DNA of 64,000 nucleotides. Origin: Methanobacteriota archaeon. Its GTDB lineage: Archaea; Thermoplasmatota; Poseidoniia; Poseidoniales; Thalassarchaeaceae. The notes beneath the pieces are model-generated. The model was not told the origin of the DNA. It made no database searches and was given only the letters and a program-made list of their open reading frames with translations. The position numbers and the translations under genes were made by a program. Of the stretch, positions 27,701-36,322 are shown one piece after another; positions within the stretch are counted from its first letter, which is position 1, and every line of letters starts with the position of its first letter. The DNA is taken from contig PBWO01000034.1 in NCBI GenBank assembly GCA_002727275.1, forward strand, positions 19,941 through 83,940, in the 5' to 3' direction.

Positions 27701-30374
27701 CAGCAGAAAGGCTGAGTGCTGGAAGCGAATTTCCATCCAAGTCGTATAGACTGACAACGTTGTCAGTTTGACCATCTCCATCTGTATCGCCCCAGGGGGT
27801 CCCTCCGACCTGAACAACTGGCGTTTCTGCTGCATTACCTAGATTTTGTACCAAGACCCAAGCGTCCGCCCCTCCACCAATCAGTCCGAAACCGGAACTC
27901 GAGGCTGTTCCATCGGGGCCACGCAGCGACAGACCCCTGGTTCTATTTGCCTCAACCGGAAGAGAGGAGTAAGAACTGTAGTTCTCAGGGTCAGAATCTA
28001 AAGTAATTGTAAGGCCTAGGTGCCCGGTGTCAGAGCCTAGAGCGTCAGCAGGTGCTAGCACTCTCAATGTCGGACTCCAGGTCTGGTCGACACCTATTTC
28101 GATTCCACTAATGCCTCCACTGGTTTCATCTTGCCAAGTCCATCCTTCAGGCAAGCCACTGCCGTCCACAGCTAGGCTCCAAGTGCCTGCGAGTCTGCCC
28201 GTTGAACGAATAGTTGGTAGAGTAACTGTGGATGAACCCGGGTCAACTCTGACCGGCTCGCTTGGAATTTCAAAACTGGCATTGTAAGTAGGTACGATAA
28301 CCAAAGACACAGTCTGAGCATCGTTATCTCTTCTAGACTGACTTACATTCGAGCCCGGGTCGAGTACCAACTCGAACTCATGCTCACCTAGGGGCCCATC
28401 CCAGTAGGCGCTGAAGGACTCTATACTCCCCTCTCCCGTAGGGTCAACTGGTTCCATGGTTCCGGCTTCATATACTCCGATTAACTGTCCATTGGCATAC
28501 AACTTGGCTTCTGTCTGGTCGTCAGTATCGGCGGTGCCAACGTTCTCGAACCAAGCGGTTACTGTTACCTGTTCTCCTGGGTCGGGTTCACTCGGGCTGA
28601 AGTCTATTCCTCGTGAATCTACGAGAGGCCTGACGTCGGCGACAGCATGTGAAATCACAGTGTCTCCAATCACCATGTCGAGGGTAGCATCTCCGTCAAT
28701 GTCGGCGAAAGAAGGAGCGGACCAGGTACGATGAGGGACTGTGATTGATCCGCCCCAGATGTCAGCAACTGTTCCATCCTCGCCGTCATAGGCCCAGACT
28801 TTGCGCCCGAAGGCGACCACCATCTCAGGCTCACCACTCCCATCAATATCCATCCACGCGACCGGAGAGAGTGCAATCTCGTCATTCGTGTTTCCACCTT
28901 CTCTTTCCAGGCTCTTTACCCAGGCTTGACTCGGACTTGCCCCTAGGTCGTGACAACCTGCGTGCCCGTGTCTAGTAAGTATGTTCTCCTCGGACCATGT
29001 TATCCAGCAGACCCTGTCATGTTGTCCATCTCCGTCCGTATCTACGGCCGTTGGCGGCGCGTCGGCAAATCCGTTAGATGCCTCAAATGACCAAATTTCA
29101 GTAGCATTACCGATTTCCATTCCGATGAATTCCGCTCCATCGACTGAACTCTGACCGTCTGCGTCTGTAGGGATGGTCAGAATCATCTCTGGATCACTCT
29201 GTCCGTCTAGATTCGCGATAATTGGGCCGGGAAGCCTAACATGTGGGGCGGAGTCACTATTGCTCTCTCCCGGACCAAGGGAATATCCTCCCCAATTGTT
29301 CTCACCGTCATCATGGTCAAGTTTCCAAACCCACATCGAGCCCGTGCTATCCTGAATGGTAGTTAGAAGGACAAATCCAGTATTATCATCGGTACGAGCG
29401 AAAGCAGGATCAGAAGGATGCGTCCCCTTGTCGAGTGTGATATCCCAAAGAAGGGTAGCTCCTGTGTCAGACATCCCCAGAGCAATTACTTGAGGGCTAT
29501 TATCGGATGAATCCTCAATCGCAGCGATTACCAGTTCAGCATCCCCGTCGAAATCGAGATCGGCTAACAACGGCTGAGTCGTTGGCTTATGGCCTCCTAG
29601 GGTGGATGATGCATAAGGCCCATCGGGGCTACTGATGAACAGGCTGGTGTCCGTCCAACTCCACATCAGTTCACTGGATTCACTCGCAGAAGACCAACCG
29701 GTGACCGAACAAGTCAGCCTAGGGGACCACGCGTCAATTCTCAAATCTCCTGCCGAGTCGTCGTATACTACGAGTACTTCCTGCATCCCATCTCCGTCTA
29801 TATCGACAACCAATGGCGCTGCCTTCACGTACTCAGTCTGTCCTAAGTCAGCCTCCCATGCCAATTCAGAATCCTCTCCTTCGATTATTCTCAGGTATGT
29901 AGGGTCAGACGACGAGGACTTCTGGACTAGAATTGTGAAAAGAGACTCTCCTGCACAGCGCTCTGACGCACCATCTCCTATGGAAATAGAAGCTGAGAGA
30001 TCTGCGATTGGAGTCGAAAGTGAATCAGTCCCGATAGAATATGAGCCGTAGACCCAATTAACTGCAGGCTCAACAATTGACTTGAACTCTGAGGCATCCT
30101 GTGGTAATCCATCGCCCGCACCACCGTCTGGCCCGTGTCCTGGAACTACTGCCAACCTGTCCGAAGTTCTTCCTGATTGCGGCCAAGGCTGACCGCCATC
30201 TGTCCATGGATCTTGAGTCCCATCTCCAGTTTCTGCTTTCTGTCCAAGATCAGTAACTGATAGTACCGGAGAGAGCGACATCGCCAGTAACAAGGCTACC
30301 CCCAGCGCTGCTTGACGCAGTCTTAAGGTCCGGAGTACAGGTGGACACGATGTCATCAGAACGGGAGATGGCAT
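24726..30374 (-). CDS. Giant (1882 aa) surface protein: signal peptide, FG-GAP/integrin-alpha-like beta-propeller, CARDB and multiple NEW3-like modules, C-terminal TM helix, acidic tail
   Basis: Signal LRQAALGVALLLAMSLSPVLSV. Six or more DxDxDG blades (DIDGDGMQEVLVV, DLDFDGDAELVIA, NLDGQSDPEMILT, DTDGDGQHDRV, DIDGSGEPEMVVA, DIDGDATLDMVIG). CARDB-like PGEQVTVTAWFENVGTADTD. TM VAAAVLVIGVSVALAWIIRNNR followed by an E/D/P-rich tail. Confidence 0.85.
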   Translation of the reverse strand: MPSPVLMTSCPPVLRTLRLRQAALGVALLLAMSLSPVLSVTDLGQKAETGDGTQDPWTDGGQPWPQSGRTSDRLAVVPGHGPDGGAGDGLPQDASEFKSIVEPAVNWVYGSYSIGTDSLSTPIADLSASISIGDGASERCAGESLFTILVQKSSSSDPTYLRIIEGEDSELAWEADLGQTEYVKAAPLVVDIDGDGMQEVLVVYDDSAGDLRIDAWSPRLTCSVTGWSSASESSELMWSWTDTSLFISSPDGPYASSTLGGHKPTTQPLLADLDFDGDAELVIAAIEDSSDNSPQVIALGMSDTGATLLWDITLDKGTHPSDPAFARTDDNTGFVLLTTIQDSTGSMWVWKLDHDDGENNWGGYSLGPGESNSDSAPHVRLPGPIIANLDGQSDPEMILTIPTDADGQSSVDGAEFIGMEIGNATEIWSFEASNGFADAPPTAVDTDGDGQHDRVCWITWSEENILTRHGHAGCHDLGASPSQAWVKSLEREGGNTNDEIALSPVAWMDIDGSGEPEMVVAFGRKVWAYDGEDGTVADIWGGSITVPHRTWSAPSFADIDGDATLDMVIGDTVISHAVADVRPLVDSRGIDFSPSEPDPGEQVTVTAWFENVGTADTDDQTEAKLYANGQLIGVYEAGTMEPVDPTGEGSIESFSAYWDGPLGEHEFELVLDPGSNVSQSRRDNDAQTVSLVIVPTYNASFEIPSEPVRVDPGSSTVTLPTIRSTGRLAGTWSLAVDGSGLPEGWTWQDETSGGISGIEIGVDQTWSPTLRVLAPADALGSDTGHLGLTITLDSDPENYSSYSSLPVEANRTRGLSLRGPDGTASSSGFGLIGGGADAWVLVQNLGNAAETPVVQVGGTPWGDTDGDGQTDNVVSLYDLDGNSLPALSLSAGEVKLVTARLNVPSDANLEDSVSTQMTMCVGSGEEEECSTISLSFEASGVVADVHQRSVPASGLQWQLQANMPSDSNELTWSLSESGMAIEGWIWNATGSLSIEGDLVVMSGTPGNLASGHLHLDLPADTPPAFHSFSDSSSESSNHVMRMSLEVLQIHRAAILVTSPTEQPLTVDVDEETLVMVRLENPGNGADSYRLSHQVEIDENITQDPGVIVSFTNDVVTLGAGSLTNIPVMVSLPETTPAGHPVAISIIMTSQGDYSVSDFETVLLQARQDHRWDIDAFVGGITLSEGATYPVNPGSVFSVDFISTNEGNLIDNLNLQTSYNLSLIGDDDSSTWAVYGDSGQEIGVNESVLLLVNVSIPTDAWNGSVIEVSVNALAQGQNMSSFTFRLEVTRVPGWAVYADQANLEVDPFGSQVELTVAQIGNADSRPYPTIWVSGEAGWIVEEPSELPVLSPGETTPLLLNITPPESAQHGRAVELNIRLRDGDGSGEAEITLPLRVAIIRDFDMTSEGEWMVSESGGFPLVELLNEGNAPSTISLTVLSLPVGWTVSGQSEVVLGVGEIRGVPVEVIPSENWDGSLQTIRILAEDEDGNQREVALDTTQTDYSWASSPVIVGLIGDEVVIDIHGAAPDATVTDSSSGILSSLSDGGWPLPVLSSGVGQITIGTVTLDYLVHSSEPSTRISTCSISGPLEDVLAQCTIMNGTDRFQYTMMLIDDQGGMLSSSTGVVTENASLGPINLSADNWSPEPGNRDLVLRLLDGRGVLVYQSTKTYEIRRVDWNIGIIDVELEGEGESQKIRVSWQRSENVKELLAQYDADCSLTLDVGEYSMSHSVDLTALFPVAFEVSRPSVSQDGEELVVTIGCSFPWDIDSNSNDNEGRVILSGGAVEPSRFPDLGTSVAAAVLVIGVSVALAWIIRNNREGKQLMEMAMSAAEEKMLSKEIPPELPEEKVADSDTPLEESEVAESEPEPGPEDEFEARLRRLMRD

Positions 30375-30399
30375 TTCGAATCCACTTGAACATTCGCCC

Positions 30400-30597
30400 T
30401 ATACTCTCACTCAGACCTACGGTCTGAAAGGGCCTTGGGTTCAGCCGAATGGAAGTTTCCACCGTTGCGCTTATACAGGACGGGTCGGTCGCCGGGTCGC
30501 AAGGAACTCTCCTCCAGAGGTAATGCCGATGAGGGACGGGAGGCGAACTCCCTTCCTTTGGCTGTCCTCCGGGCGAGTTCCTTAGGAGCCCGAAAAT
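30400..30597. other. GC-rich, strongly base-paired region in the divergent intergenic spacer upstream of rpoE' (candidate structured RNA or leader)
   Basis: Perfect 9-bp long-range helix AAGGAACUC (30501-30509) / GAGUUCCUU (30575-30583) enclosing the hairpin GGGAG-GCGAA-CUCCC (30538-30552). A further hairpin CAGACC-UAC-GGUCUG lies at 30412-30426. No credible ORF. Confidence 0.25.
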
Positions 30598-31155
30598 ATG
30601 TACAGCCTCGTAACTAGAGAGGACACCATACGCATTCCAGCCGAGTACATCCGTGCTGGCAGAAAACTCGAGGAGCACATCGATGAACTGGCCCACGATG
30701 CCTTCGAGGGACGCTTTGACGAGAATGAGGATTACACTCTGCTGACCTTTGATCACGAGGCTGTAGGCAGAGGTAAGATTATCCACGGCGATGGAGCAAT
30801 CTACCAGAATGTCCGCTTCAAGGCCCTAATCTTCACGATGGACAACAATGAGGTCATCGATGGGGCTGTTTCGGAGATTTCCGAGTACGGCGCCTTCGTC
30901 AGAATCGGACCCGTCGAGGCCCTACTGCACAAGTCCCAGATACTTGACGAACCCGTCCAAGTACATCTTGGTGCTCAGAGTAAGAGAATTGAGGGTACAC
31001 AGAGCGGTAAGCACCTCGAAGAAGGCTCTCCTGTACGCTCGAGAATCGTCTCGAAGTCAATCAATCAGAATGATCCTAGATCATCGAAGATAGGCCTGAA
31101 TTGCAAGATGGAAGGTCTCGGAGCTTTCGGATGGCTAGGCGAGGAGGACGATTGA
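30598..31155 (+). CDS. rpoE1: DNA-directed RNA polymerase subunit E' (Rpo7) with an S1 domain
   Basis: MYSLVTREDTIRIPAEYI... N-terminus. S1-fold segment GAVSEISEYGAFVRIGPVEALLHKSQI. Followed 1 nt later by spt4, the conserved archaeal gene order. Confidence 0.9.
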   Translation: MYSLVTREDTIRIPAEYIRAGRKLEEHIDELAHDAFEGRFDENEDYTLLTFDHEAVGRGKIIHGDGAIYQNVRFKALIFTMDNNEVIDGAVSEISEYGAFVRIGPVEALLHKSQILDEPVQVHLGAQSKRIEGTQSGKHLEEGSPVRSRIVSKSINQNDPRSSKIGLNCKMEGLGAFGWLGEEDD

Positions 31156-31156
31156 G

Positions 31157-31375
31157 ATGCCAAAGCAACCCTTTGCATGCGGCGAGTGCAACAGGATTCT
31201 CCCTGATCCGGAGAAGAAGAATGACCCTCCACAGTGCATGCACTGCCCCGGGGCTCCAGTAACTACAGATTGGCAAGGATTCGTTGTTATTCTTGACCCT
31301 CACCGTTCCGAGGTCGCTAAGAGGCTAAACGTCTCAGATCCGGGAAACTACGCTTTGAAAGTCAACATCCGATAG
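31157..31375 (+). CDS. spt4: Transcription elongation factor Spt4 (RNA polymerase subunit E'')
   Basis: 72 aa. Zn-ribbon CGECNRIL...CMHCPG followed by DWQGFVVILDPHRSEVAKRLNV, the conserved Spt4 signature. Confidence 0.85.
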   Translation: MPKQPFACGECNRILPDPEKKNDPPQCMHCPGAPVTTDWQGFVVILDPHRSEVAKRLNVSDPGNYALKVNIR

Positions 31376-31388
31376 AGGAGGTTTCTAA

Positions 31389-31760
31389 ATGGAAGTTACA
31401 GAAAGGAAGGAGAATCCGCTGTTAGACCGTGTTGAGATTCGTTTTGTGTGGAACCACGCAAACTCGCCGACACCTTCCCTGTCGGACATGAGGGCTGCTG
31501 CCGCGAAGGCAGAGCCCGGCGCCAAGAAAGAACTCGTATTCGTCAAGGATGTAAATACACGATTTGGAATGCCCCAGACTACCGGCCTCGCGCTTGTTTA
31601 CGGTTCAGCAGAGTCTGCAGAATTAGAGCCCGAGTACGTCAAGACCAGACATTCCTCCGAAAGCGAAGTGAAGGCCGCTGACCCTGAGCCCGAACCAGTT
31701 CAGGAAGATGCAGCCGGAGACACTCCAGAAGATGATGAGCCCGAGGGAGGGGATGAGTGA
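31389..31760 (+). CDS. rps24e: 30S ribosomal protein S24e with an acidic C-terminal extension
   Basis: ERKENPLLDRVEIRF...HANSPTPS...ELVFVKDVNTRFGMPQTTGLALVY matches S24e. The tail is ADPEPEPVQEDAAGDTPEDDEPEGGDE. Confidence 0.85.
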   Translation: MEVTERKENPLLDRVEIRFVWNHANSPTPSLSDMRAAAAKAEPGAKKELVFVKDVNTRFGMPQTTGLALVYGSAESAELEPEYVKTRHSSESEVKAADPEPEPVQEDAAGDTPEDDEPEGGDE

Positions 31761-31930
31761 TGGGAGAAGGACCAAACCCTAACGCCAAGCACTCAAAGTA
31801 CTCCGTACAGGACGGAGAGTTGGTTCGAAAGGGAGAGTTCTGCCCTTCTTGCGGACCCGGGGTCTTCCTAGGAGTTCATTCCAATAGGAAGGTCTGTGGC
31901 AAGTGCGGACACTCTGCTGACCTAGAGTGA
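31760..31930 (+). CDS. rps27ae: 30S ribosomal protein S27ae (56 aa; below the ORF-track length cutoff)
   Basis: The ATG overlaps the S24e TGA (TGATG). It translates to MGEGPNPNAKHSKYSVQDGELVRKGEFCPSCGPGVFLGVHSNRKVCGKCGHSADLE, with the CxxC...CxxC ribbon typical of S27ae. The S24e-S27ae order is conserved in archaea. Confidence 0.8.
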   Translation: MGEGPNPNAKHSKYSVQDGELVRKGEFCPSCGPGVFLGVHSNRKVCGKCGHSADLE

Positions 31931-32833
31931 TTGGGCTCTGAATAAATCCAACCTTCCATCATTCGTGATGACACTATCTCCTAAAAGTGCAATTCCAACG
32001 TCTCTTCGTTGCACTATTTGAGACTTCCAAGCATCTCCGAATCCATCATGCCTCCAGCCAGTCCAGTGCCATCCTCCATCAGAAAATCGCGTATCGAATA
32101 CGGGACCAGGGGTCTTTACCAGTTGAGGTATAGAATGCAAATTATCCAACAATCCGACATCACCGTTTTCAAGCATGAGGAACGAACCCCCCACTTCGCT
32201 ATATTTTACTCCCGCCAAAGGACCGGTAAGAGGGACAACATGACTGGAAATGAACGATCCATCCTCCGCATCTAGTAAAGTCACAGCTCCCGATCGTGAC
32301 CATAGTGAGATTCCATCTGCGCATTCAGTACACGACACTAGCGTATCCGAGTACTGGAACTTCTGCCGCCCGAGCCATTCTGGATATGGAGCCCTCCACA
32401 ACTCCTCTGCAAACTCATTGATCATGTAGACGCCTCTATTCAGGGTCGCGAAAACTGCTCCCTTCGTAACGCGTGTGAGTGCCATGGGTTCCGCATCAAG
32501 GCGCCTCGACCATGTGGAGGAAGCGGGCATCAGCACCTCAGCATCAGAAACTTCCCTGAGATGCTGCCTACTACCGCCATCTTCCCATTTTCCGTCTAAG
32601 GACAATGCAGCCATCCTAGCTTCTCTTAACTCCTGATCAACCCAAGTCCCAATCCATGATTCCCCAATAACAACTCCTCCTGAGATGTTTGCAGGAAATG
32701 GAGTGACAGGCTCGTGCAGTGGATTACCATTCGAATCTATTCTGAGCAACTCACCTGAGCACCCGGACAGCACATTCACTCTTTTACTCTGGTCAACCCT
32801 CATCGGCTGGAAGTCATACCGGACCCCTTGCAC
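31922..32833 (-). CDS. Hypothetical protein (303 aa), possibly a beta-propeller/PQQ-like repeat fold
   Basis: Long ORF with normal composition, W/G-rich repeat-like segments and no TM helices. No recognisable catalytic motif. Confidence 0.45.
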   Translation of the reverse strand: MQGVRYDFQPMRVDQSKRVNVLSGCSGELLRIDSNGNPLHEPVTPFPANISGGVVIGESWIGTWVDQELREARMAALSLDGKWEDGGSRQHLREVSDAEVLMPASSTWSRRLDAEPMALTRVTKGAVFATLNRGVYMINEFAEELWRAPYPEWLGRQKFQYSDTLVSCTECADGISLWSRSGAVTLLDAEDGSFISSHVVPLTGPLAGVKYSEVGGSFLMLENGDVGLLDNLHSIPQLVKTPGPVFDTRFSDGGWHWTGWRHDGFGDAWKSQIVQRRDVGIALLGDSVITNDGRLDLFRAQSL

Positions 32834-32904
32834 GCCAACCGCTCACGCACTCTGCGCTTGAAGGTGTGGCTAGGGAGATTATACGAGTGCCCCCATCGCG
32901 AGAC

Positions 32905-33834
32905 ATGGTCACGCTGCTTCTGGCTTCGTCTCAAGACAATGCATCTGTCAATCTGCATCGCGCCATGCTCGAATTAGGAGGATGGTCGAAGCCAACCAAC
33001 CTTCCTCACGGAACTATGCACCAACACATTTCCCGCGACGTCCATCTACTACTCATTGAAGAGTTACACATCCATGCGGACGGAATCGATTCAATCCATG
33101 AGGAAAATGCAGATTGCGAAATTGAAGAGGTTTTGATACTCTCAAGACACGTTTCGGCGACAAATACTCCCGCACTGACTCTTCACGCAATCGGAATTCC
33201 AGGTGAGACGCCTCATGGAGAAGAGGGTCAGGCTGGAGGGACAAAAGGGACAGTAGTGCCGCCTTCACCTAGGTTCGCTTCTCTATTCAGAGGGATGCTG
33301 GCAGAAGGTAAGTCTCGTGGACTCGATTCAGAATATGACCTGACTCTGGAGACGACTCATCACGGACCGGTTCTATCCAAACCAACTCTATACATCGAGA
33401 TTGGCTCGACAGAGGACCAGTGGAACAGTAAGGAAGCAGGAGACGCATGGGCTAGCGTAATTTCGGACAATCTCGGTCTAGACGAATCTGTGCCAATTTC
33501 ATGGCGAGAAGGCGAGGATGTCATGATTGGCTTAGGAGGCGGCCACTATGCCCCTAGGCACAAGGCGGTATTATCGGATTCAGAGTTATGGGTAGGACAC
33601 ATATTGGCGAATTACGCTCTTCCTTTTGAGAATCCAGAAGAAGGAAAAGAGCCTATGGGAGCATGGAAGCATGCGATCCGAACCTCAGTTGAATCCACAA
33701 TGTCAGCATTCCCGGGGGGTCAGTTGTTCGCGCATCTCGATAGGAAGTCGTTCAAGGGCTGGCAGCGAACTGCGATTCTGAGCCTTTTGGAAGAGTTGGA
33801 AGTGCCAGTCAGACGAGGAAAAGAGCTGAGTTGA
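32905..33834 (+). CDS. dtdA: Archaeal-type D-aminoacyl-tRNA deacylase (DtdA family)
   Basis: MVTLLLASSQDNASVNL start, LSRHVSATNTPALTLHAIGIPG, ETTHHGP and GGGHYAPRH are DtdA family signatures. The track ORF begins at a GTG at 32866. Confidence 0.75.
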   Translation: MVTLLLASSQDNASVNLHRAMLELGGWSKPTNLPHGTMHQHISRDVHLLLIEELHIHADGIDSIHEENADCEIEEVLILSRHVSATNTPALTLHAIGIPGETPHGEEGQAGGTKGTVVPPSPRFASLFRGMLAEGKSRGLDSEYDLTLETTHHGPVLSKPTLYIEIGSTEDQWNSKEAGDAWASVISDNLGLDESVPISWREGEDVMIGLGGGHYAPRHKAVLSDSELWVGHILANYALPFENPEEGKEPMGAWKHAIRTSVESTMSAFPGGQLFAHLDRKSFKGWQRTAILSLLEELEVPVRRGKELS

Positions 33835-33876
33835 CTCTCGCAATTGTGAAGTCTTGTCCAGCCTTCCAGAGTATAG

Positions 33877-34854
33877 ATGAGACTGTTCGGACAGTTGGTA
33901 GTCGGCTTGATGCCTATTACTCCAAAGGCTTTCATCCGGTGGGTCTCAAAGAGATATGTCGCAGGCTCAGACATGCAAAGTGCGATTTCTCTGATGCGTG
34001 AAATGAGCGACGAGGGGGCCTGTTTCACGGTCGATGTTCTGGGGGAGGAAATCAGTTCAATGGTGGAGGCCGAATTCTTCATTGAAGAGTACTCGACGCT
34101 AATAGATTCGATAATTGAAAACAATCTAGATGCGAACATCTCAATCAAACCAACTGCATTCGGTCTGCTGATTGACCCGGATGCTGCTATGTCTAACATC
34201 GAGGCTCTAGTCAGGAAGGCAGCACAGCACAATATGTTCGTTCGCTTGGACATGGAGGATCACAGACTCACTGATTCAACAATCGATGTTTGCACCGCTA
34301 TGCACGAGAAAGGCCTCCTCAATATCGGAGTAGTATTGCAGGGCAGACTAATGCGAACTTTATCCGACATCAGCGATATTTGTGCTGCTACTGGTAAGAA
34401 CACTGATTTCAGAATCTGTAAAGGAATATACCTAGAGCCTGAGAACATTGCGCACACGAAATACTGGGAAATCGTGCATGGCACTAACGATGCCATAGAT
34501 GCCATGCTTGACTCGGGGGCCTATACTGCCATCGCATCACATGACAACCCAGTCATTGCCCACTCTCTGGTAGCTCTGAAGAGTCGAGACATGGGCCCTG
34601 GGAAACCCGACCCAAGACACTCAGAATCGCCCGAATTATCTGCGGGTAAGGGGCCCGGATACGAGTTCCAGTTTCTCCTTGGAGTAAGGGGTGATGTCAG
34701 ACGTAAACTCTCAGAGCAAGGACATACGACAAGAGTCTACGTTCCATACGGCACCAAGTGGTATGAGTACAGCATGCGCCGACTCAGAGAGAATCCCGAA
34801 ATCGCCTTCCATGTGACCAAGGCGCTTCTAATGCCATGGACCAACAAGCGCTAG
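33877..34854 (+). CDS. putA: Proline dehydrogenase (monofunctional PutA-like TIM barrel)
   Basis: FTVDVLGEE, ISIKPTAFG, VRLDMEDH, GVVLQGRLMRT, RICKGIY, IASHDN, EFQFLLGVRGD, RVYVPYGTKWYEYSMRRLRENP. Confidence 0.85.
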   Translation: MRLFGQLVVGLMPITPKAFIRWVSKRYVAGSDMQSAISLMREMSDEGACFTVDVLGEEISSMVEAEFFIEEYSTLIDSIIENNLDANISIKPTAFGLLIDPDAAMSNIEALVRKAAQHNMFVRLDMEDHRLTDSTIDVCTAMHEKGLLNIGVVLQGRLMRTLSDISDICAATGKNTDFRICKGIYLEPENIAHTKYWEIVHGTNDAIDAMLDSGAYTAIASHDNPVIAHSLVALKSRDMGPGKPDPRHSESPELSAGKGPGYEFQFLLGVRGDVRRKLSEQGHTTRVYVPYGTKWYEYSMRRLRENPEIAFHVTKALLMPWTNKR

Positions 34855-34855
34855 T

Positions 34856-35479
34856 CTAATTGATTGGGTGCAAGTAAATTCGGCGAAGGTCGGAAGCTGC
34901 CCTAGTCCCTCTGAGAGTTCTGCCCTTGCCAGTGTGTAGGGCCCTGATTCGCCAACGCCTACCTTCTACTTCGATTACATTGCCACAAGAGAACTCCTGT
35001 TCGGGACTGCACTCTAATGCTCCAGAAGAACTCTCTTCGCCATCTGTCATAGTGATTCTGACCGTGACCCTATCTCGGCGCACAGCCCAAGCAGCTTTGA
35101 TTTCTGTGACAGGCAAGGACTTTCGGGGTCGAGAGGCGGCACCGTCAATCCTAGATATCTCCCAGTGAGCAGAGTCCCATTCGAAAACCTCTCCCACAGC
35201 TAGAAACTCGTCTTCGTCAACCTCAATTTCTGCGGCTCTGCTTGAAGCGCCCTCTGAAAGAGTGAAGCCCAGCTTCACTGCTTTGGGCGGACGCATGACG
35301 ATTGTCTGGACCTTGCCACATTCCAAGCATCTGGCTAGCACATCGACCCCACTTCCACGAGGAGTCCTACGGAGCTCTTCATGCTCGGTGGTCTGAGCGC
35401 AATTAATGCACTCTGCTGATTGTGGTCCCGCATCATCATCAAGACCGTCTGTCATGTGTCTTCGGCAGTCGTCGTCCAC
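34856..35479 (-). CDS. Zinc-ribbon protein (archaeal HVO_0476-like family, function unknown)
   Basis: N-terminal CINCAQTTEHE...CLECGKVQTI four-Cys ribbon, followed by two beta-rich segments. No enzymatic motif. Confidence 0.45.
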   Translation of the reverse strand: MDDDCRRHMTDGLDDDAGPQSAECINCAQTTEHEELRRTPRGSGVDVLARCLECGKVQTIVMRPPKAVKLGFTLSEGASSRAAEIEVDEDEFLAVGEVFEWDSAHWEISRIDGAASRPRKSLPVTEIKAAWAVRRDRVTVRITMTDGEESSSGALECSPEQEFSCGNVIEVEGRRWRIRALHTGKGRTLRGTRAASDLRRIYLHPIN

Positions 35480-35530
35480 TTGAAACCATCCAATGCGATG
35501 ATTGAATAGAAGTCGCCCAGAGCAGACACC

Positions 35531-36322
35531 GTGTCTGCCGTAGATGGAGGATTCGGACTCCCCCAGATGTCAGAGGAAGAGATGTTCTCATTACTACTCT
35601 CCGAGGATGCTGATAGAGACGATTCCGAACCGGCGATTGCAGCAGGAATAGGAGAGCAGATGCTGCACATGAGCCTGCGTCCACTACCGCGTTCAATGCG
35701 AACTCGAATCAGAGATATTTCGGGTAGAATTCCTGCGAAGAATGCAGTATTGATTGGAGGTGGAATTGGGCATCTTTCAGCTTGGTTACTCGATTTGTGG
35801 TGCGGCGACCCTGCGAATCTCCCTGAAATCCCTCCATCTAGGCCGGACAGTTTCCGTATCGTTGAGCCCGGGGGAAAATTCGGAGTAATTATTGACAGAC
35901 TCATCAGGAGACACGGAGCGGAAGGCTGGACACAGATTATCCAGATGCCTTGGAATGAATTGGCTGCCGAAGCAGCCACGTGGTCGGCAGCAACTGCGGC
36001 ACTTCCGCAAAATGCCAAACCATCTCCTTTGCCTCTGCCAATCGACCTCGTGGTTGTCGATGTTCCAGAGGATGAGAGGGCTACGACAGCGAGATCTGCC
36101 TTCGACCTACTCTCTGCAGGAGGAGTTCTATTGGTGCAGGAGCCTGAGGTTCCCACGGGAGATGTCGGGGTAGCCGATTCACCTTCAGAGATGACTTCCG
36201 CTCAGAAGAAGGTGGAATCTTTCAATCAATGGATATCTTTTGTCAAGCATGTCAGTGACAATCATTCCCTAGGATTCGTAGAACTGACCGGAGGAACTCT
36301 CGCAGTACTCCGTCGAACCTGA
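35531..36322 (+). CDS. Class I SAM-dependent methyltransferase-like protein (O-methyltransferase family 3-like)
   Basis: Motif I-like AVLIGGGIGHLSAWL, acidic DLVVVDVPED, LLSAGGVLLVQEP, and C-terminal FNQWISFVKHVSDNHSLGFVELTGGTLAVLRR, which is typical of this fold. The antisense 234-aa ORF is judged a shadow. Confidence 0.5.
   Translation: MSAVDGGFGLPQMSEEEMFSLLLSEDADRDDSEPAIAAGIGEQMLHMSLRPLPRSMRTRIRDISGRIPAKNAVLIGGGIGHLSAWLLDLWCGDPANLPEIPPSRPDSFRIVEPGGKFGVIIDRLIRRHGAEGWTQIIQMPWNELAAEAATWSAATAALPQNAKPSPLPLPIDLVVVDVPEDERATTARSAFDLLSAGGVLLVQEPEVPTGDVGVADSPSEMTSAQKKVESFNQWISFVKHVSDNHSLGFVELTGGTLAVLRRT

Noticed and set aside
30250-30786. 178-aa minus-strand ORF spanning the intergenic spacer and the rpoE' start
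   Set aside because: It overlaps two well-supported genes (the giant gene's 5' end and rpoE') and crosses the structured spacer, and its composition is implausible.
35452-36156. 234-aa minus-strand ORF overlapping the methyltransferase-like gene
   Set aside because: The plus-strand product shows the ordered SAM-MTase motif series. The minus-strand product is Ser/Ala/Gly/Ile-rich low-complexity sequence with no motifs, so it was treated as an antisense shadow.
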